Part shown: one piece after another, positions 59,722 to 64,000 of the stretch | Layout of the letters: each line of letters starts with the position of its first letter | Position numbering within the stretch: the first letter of the stretch is position 1 | DNA from: Antedon mediterranea | Lineage: Eukaryota > Animalia > Echinodermata | Length of the DNA stretch: 64,000 nucleotides | Direction of reading: 5' to 3' | Assembly (NCBI RefSeq): GCF_964355755.1 | Contig: NC_092678.1 | Location: 11,468,352-11,532,351, forward strand | The notes under the pieces: model-generated | Database searches by the model: none | What the model was told of the DNA's origin: nothing | Seen by the model: only the letters and a program-made list of their open reading frames with translations | Position numbers and translations under genes: made by a program

Positions 59722-62501
59722 GTAAGTACTTGTGTGTACCGAGTATATTGTTTCTTAGTTGCCTTCATTTTTTTTAAATACTGTAGTTATTACTATTAGT
59801 ATTCATGTATTTGGTCTTGGGGAAAAAAGGCTCCACAAAAGGACTCTGCTTTTAATCTATAAATATTTTACTTGCAGGTAAGAGGGTGCGAAGTAGCACA
59901 AAACTACTGCTTGAAAAACCTGACCTTTTTAAAGAATTGCTGACAGAAGCTGGTTTTAATTTACCTGTAGATGATGATAATAGTAACACACTAAGTAAGA
60001 TCTAGTACAATGTAATGTTTACAATTTTCAAAAACTATTTTAGTATACAAATAAATAATGAAGGTTCATAAATTGAGTGAATGATGTTATGGAATCAGCC
60101 TTAGTTAAGTAGAGCAGTCAATTTTTTTCATGAATGAAGTATTCTCAACATTCAACCAATACAAAAAAAAGGTCATTATTTGTTTTATAACGCATATACT
60201 TTGAATTATTTCAACATCACAGACCACCTAGTCTACTATGCTACCTACAGTAGAAGGTAGATTAATTAGCAATATATGAAATATCACTTCTTGTATCATT
60301 GTTACTAAAGCAAAACAAACAGTTTGTTAACCTTTTTTGGTGTTAATACTTACAGTGACAAGATTCTGAGGCTGCAACATACTCAATGAAATCAGATATC
60401 TGCATGCAGTAACAAGTATCGTACTATTAAGTATAATTTTAATTTTTTTTTTCTGCAGATGTAGACCAAGCTGTTTTTCAAAAGAGTTTAAAGAGATTAC
60501 TGAGCAAATATGACAAAGAACAGGTATAGTATAGTATAACCATATCAATGTAATTGATCAAAACGTTGTAATTATTTGTGTCTTTTTTTTCTTTTAAAAT
60601 CTTGTTATTTTGTGTATATTCAGATATTCTTGATTGATATGCTTGCTAAATATAGACCAATGTTTGTAATGCATGTTTAAATAGAGGCAAGATTATAAAA
60701 TGCATGTTGTACCTTGATTTTATTCTTGAAAATTAACATTTGAGGTGTTTTTTTAAGTGCACTCAATTGTTTATGGAAAAACAAGCAGTTTCTGAAAAAA
60801 AAAAATTTCGAAAAAACACCATATTATATATTTGTTGTTCCCACTAAATATAGAGGTTTACTGTTATGGATCTAAGTGATTGACAGTGTTTAAAAACAAC
60901 CAGGTTTAAAGAAAAAGAAAGAAAATGGCATGCAGTAACTTTTTAATATACAAATAGAAAATATGCAGTTCTAAGATTATAAAATGTAATATAAATTTGT
61001 AAGACATTTAGATAACATTTACAGAGACTATAGGGATTTCTTTAAAACTATTTAATGTAATGTTTAATCAATCAATCGAATCTTTATTTGTTCCATGAAA
61101 ATGTGTACATAGAAATATTGTTTTCCTCGAGAAAAATTATGGTAAAAACAAACAAAACATTCACAAATACATCATACATAGAAAAAATTATAATCAAAAA
61201 CATTCATTAAAACATACAATCCCACATAAAATTACTATGTAATATAGGTTAGAAATAATATTTTCATTTAAAAGCTTAAAAATATACACTGTATATATAC
61301 TTATGTGTGCTATTATGACCTAACAATCTTTGAGTTAAAAAATGTGCGTGGAATTTAGTACAAAATGACGGTTTCTTGAAGTTTCTGAGGAAATATAACC
61401 TTTGGTGACCTTTTTTAATTATCTCAGCCGTATTATTTAAAAAATTATCTGAGAGCTTGTTCCATAGGGCCGAAAAAACAACAACGCCTAACAATATGTA
61501 GGTAGATCGACTGCATAGAGATACTAATGTAACTTTCATTGAACTAAATGACACCAATCAACTATAATTTGTCTTACACTCTGCTGATTTTGTCTATAAT
61601 TAAAGTATGCAGGCCTATATTTTCCTGATTGCTTTGGTTCACAGAATGTGCATGACAAACACTGATATTAATAATTAATAATTAATATTAATCATTTCAG
61701 GTAAACAATGAATTCTTAGGTGGACTCCAGACACACATAGACAACTTAGAAAGGTGAAATTCAATTTCAAAATTATAACAATTAACAATTTATGTTGAAA
61801 ATACAATTAATATATAGTATTAGAGAAGGCACTCCGAGAGTGCATACCCTCACCTACAGTATAATTCCCGTACCTAAAATTTCCAGCCTTTCACAGTTGA
61901 GATCTCTTGTTCACTTCCTGCTGAGGATATTTTTTTAAGATTAAGTAATTTTCTTTTTATAGTTATTGATATTTTGATTTGTTAAAATAGTTTTTGTGAC
62001 ATGACTCTGAACCATGTTTAAAATAGTTTTTGTGACATGACTCTGAACCATGTTTAAAATAGTTTTTATGACATGACTCTGAACCATGTTTAAAATAGTT
62101 TTTGTGACATGACTCTGAACCATGTTTAAAACAGTTTTTGTGACATGACTGTGAACCATGTTTAAAATAGTTTTTGTGACATGACTCTGAACAATTTGTT
62201 AAAATAGTTTTTGTGACATGACTGTGAACCATGTTTAAAATAGTTTTTGTTACATGACTCTGAACCATGTTTAAAACAGTTCGACAAGGTTCTGATGAAA
62301 CTGTTACCTGTAAATAATGAAATATAATTCCACATTGCCCTCCCAAACTTCCGTTTGTAACAGTGCCTCATTTAACTTTACAGATTAATTTATTAAATTA
62401 TTTCAAAACTTGTGTTTACTATAAACATTTAATGTTAATCATATTTTTTTTAGGTTTCGTACTTCATTGCTTCCTACTATTTCATCTTCTAGTTGCCAAT
62501 C
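59658..62501 (+). CDS. FANCD2: Fanconi anemia group D2 protein, N-terminal five coding exons (3'-partial)
   Basis: Exons 59658-59721, 59878-59994, 60459-60523, 61701-61753, 62454-62501 join in frame: MPKKGTKR...LFKELLTEAGF...NTLNVDQAVFQKSL...NEFLGGLQTHIDNLERFRTSLL, matching the FANCD2 N-terminal pattern (F..LL...G, N.L.VDQ..FQK.L, EF..GL..I, FR..LL). Confidence 0.85.
59878..59994 (+). CDS. FANCD2: FANCD2 exon (KRVRSS...DDDNSNTL)
   Basis: ttgcag acceptor, gtaaga donor; phases 1-1. Confidence 0.82.
60459..60523 (+). CDS. FANCD2: FANCD2 exon (VDQAVFQKSLKRLLSKYDKEQ)
   Basis: T-tract+ctgcag acceptor, CAG|gtat donor. Confidence 0.88.
61065..61480 (-). mobile_element. Decayed LINE 3' fragment (Rex1/Babar-like)
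   Basis: NTAEIIKKGHQRLYFLR; AATAAA and (ATTG)n tail on the minus strand. Confidence 0.55.
61701..61753 (+). CDS. FANCD2: FANCD2 exon (VNNEFLGGLQTHIDNLE)
   Basis: tttcag acceptor, AG|gtga donor. Confidence 0.85.
61975..62280. repeat. Minisatellite, about 8 x 36 bp
   Basis: unit AAAATAGTTTTTGTGACATGACTCTGAACCATGTTT. Confidence 0.95.
62454..62501 (+). CDS. FANCD2: FANCD2 exon (FRTSLLPTISSSSCQ)
   Basis: T-tract+ag acceptor, gtaagt donor; phases 2-2. Confidence 0.82.
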
Positions 62502-62599
62502 GTAAGTCATCAAATGTTTATTCCAGTAATTATGGTTAGGCAATTAACTTTGAACTTAAGGCAAAATATTGTAATAATAATTCAGTAATAATATGCACT

Positions 62600-64000
62600 A
62601 TTATATTAGGACTGAAGACAATAAAATAATCATGATGACGTAATTAGGTTATATGCATTACTACGTGCGTAGCGCATATAACGCTTGCGTACGCGCGCTT
62701 AAAATGTTCAAAATTGTCAAAATTTATTTTCGATGAAATTAGAGTACGTTTCAAGCAATTTTAAGCGTTTAAAAAATTGCCATGAGTGCGCAGATTTTTG
62801 CACGCGCACTGCGCGTTATACGTTAATGCGCACTCTTTTTGTCCGATTTCGGTTGTACAACCTTTCTTTAATAATATCATCATATTTTATTCACTTTTCA
62901 ACGCGTAATTGCCTTATACGAGCACGTCAAAAGTGACAGGCTAAGCACGTGTAAGTTAACAAAATGGTGAAAATATGCTAAATTTTAAAATTAATATAGA
63001 TCGTCAGAATGCTCGGGAACACATATTTTTTATTTCATTTTCTTGAAGTGTATGTATCTTATGTATGATTTATTATTAAACTAAGGGAACAAAAGTTGAT
63101 TAAGCCATAATTAATTGCATATTAAAAAATTCATTTCGACAATCAAACAAATTATGACATTTTCTTAGGCCAAAATAACAAACTTAACATTAACTTTCTT
63201 CCTTCAAAAGTTCATATATTAAAGTTAAAAGTATATAGTTTGACAGTGCATCATTTTTGTACATTTTTAGAGATGTCATCATAGTAAAAAATTATAATTC
63301 ATTGCGGTATGTAATAATCTATCTGCACCAAAGTGGTTACTGCATAGTAAATACACAGAGGAATTTTTCTACAATTTTTAGTCAGTTGTGTATGGCTTGG
63401 TGGTGTGTGCTCGTGTCTATGGCACTCAAGGTACAGAGATCGAGTCTCACCTTGGGAAACGAAATAAGATTTTTTTTTTATTATCCGTTTTGTTTGTTCA
63501 AATTTATTTCTTAGTGTATATATTATACACATGATTTATAATGAAATCTAGATAAAAAATAACTTATGTCTTTATTATTATGTAACAGCAAATGTGGTTT
63601 ATGACATTATACGCAGAGGGATCTTTGATCGGATTGTGATACCGGCTATTGTATTCGCGTTAGCAAGGTCCTATCATATATTATAAATAATTAAAGAATC
63701 TGAGAAAATCAATGAATCAAAATATCTTTTAAAAATCAATTATCTTTATTTAAATCAATGCATATAACCTATAATTCGTCATAGTGACGAATTAAATCTA
63801 GTTTATTTATTCTTTCCTTAGCACTATTTTGTCCGTGAATTATCTTGGCATCAGTTTCATCTAGCTAAGTCAATTTTTCAGAGTATATTCCTTATGGCCA
63901 GGAATCGATGTGGTTATGTTTTCATGGTGCGCAATCAAACATTACGCAGTCTACGCGCGATTTAACGAAATCACGTTTGTAATCATATCTTCACAAGCAT
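62600..64000 (-). mobile_element. HINE-like element related to 37440-38160, truncated by the window edge
   Basis: 62650-62790 and 63800-64000 are reverse-complement matches to about 37750-37860 and 37950-38100. Confidence 0.6.

Overview
AT-rich, intron-containing animal genomic DNA (marine invertebrate, plausibly an echinoderm; the taxon is an inference). Three host genes lie on the + strand. (1) The 3' 14 exons of an SLC26 anion transporter (prestin/SLC26A5-A6-like, with STAS domain and C-terminal ETDV), 648-25711; its 5' end is outside the window. (2) A complete 6-exon, 310-aa SLC25 mitochondrial carrier (UCP-like), 34240-45250. (3) The first five coding exons of FANCD2, 59658-62501. Introns and intergenic DNA are densely filled with nested mobile elements: a near full-length CR1/L2-group LINE whose ORF1 has an SGNH esterase plus two CCHC knuckles, a Naiad-type Penelope-like element, ISL2EU-, Sola3-, MULE-, Kolobok-, Harbinger- and hAT-like elements, Helentron-associated repeats, Deu/Nin-type SINEs, tRNA-like copies and minisatellites. 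Most notable observations: four hammerhead-ribozyme motifs (one fully canonical, one on the sense strand of an SLC26 intron inside a palindrome), a duplicated exon end that creates a frame-compatible candidate alternative exon, an in-frame ORF1-TAG-ORF2 junction in the LINE, and a tRNA-Val-like tandem flanked by direct-repeat elements. All calls were made by eye; no database searches were run.
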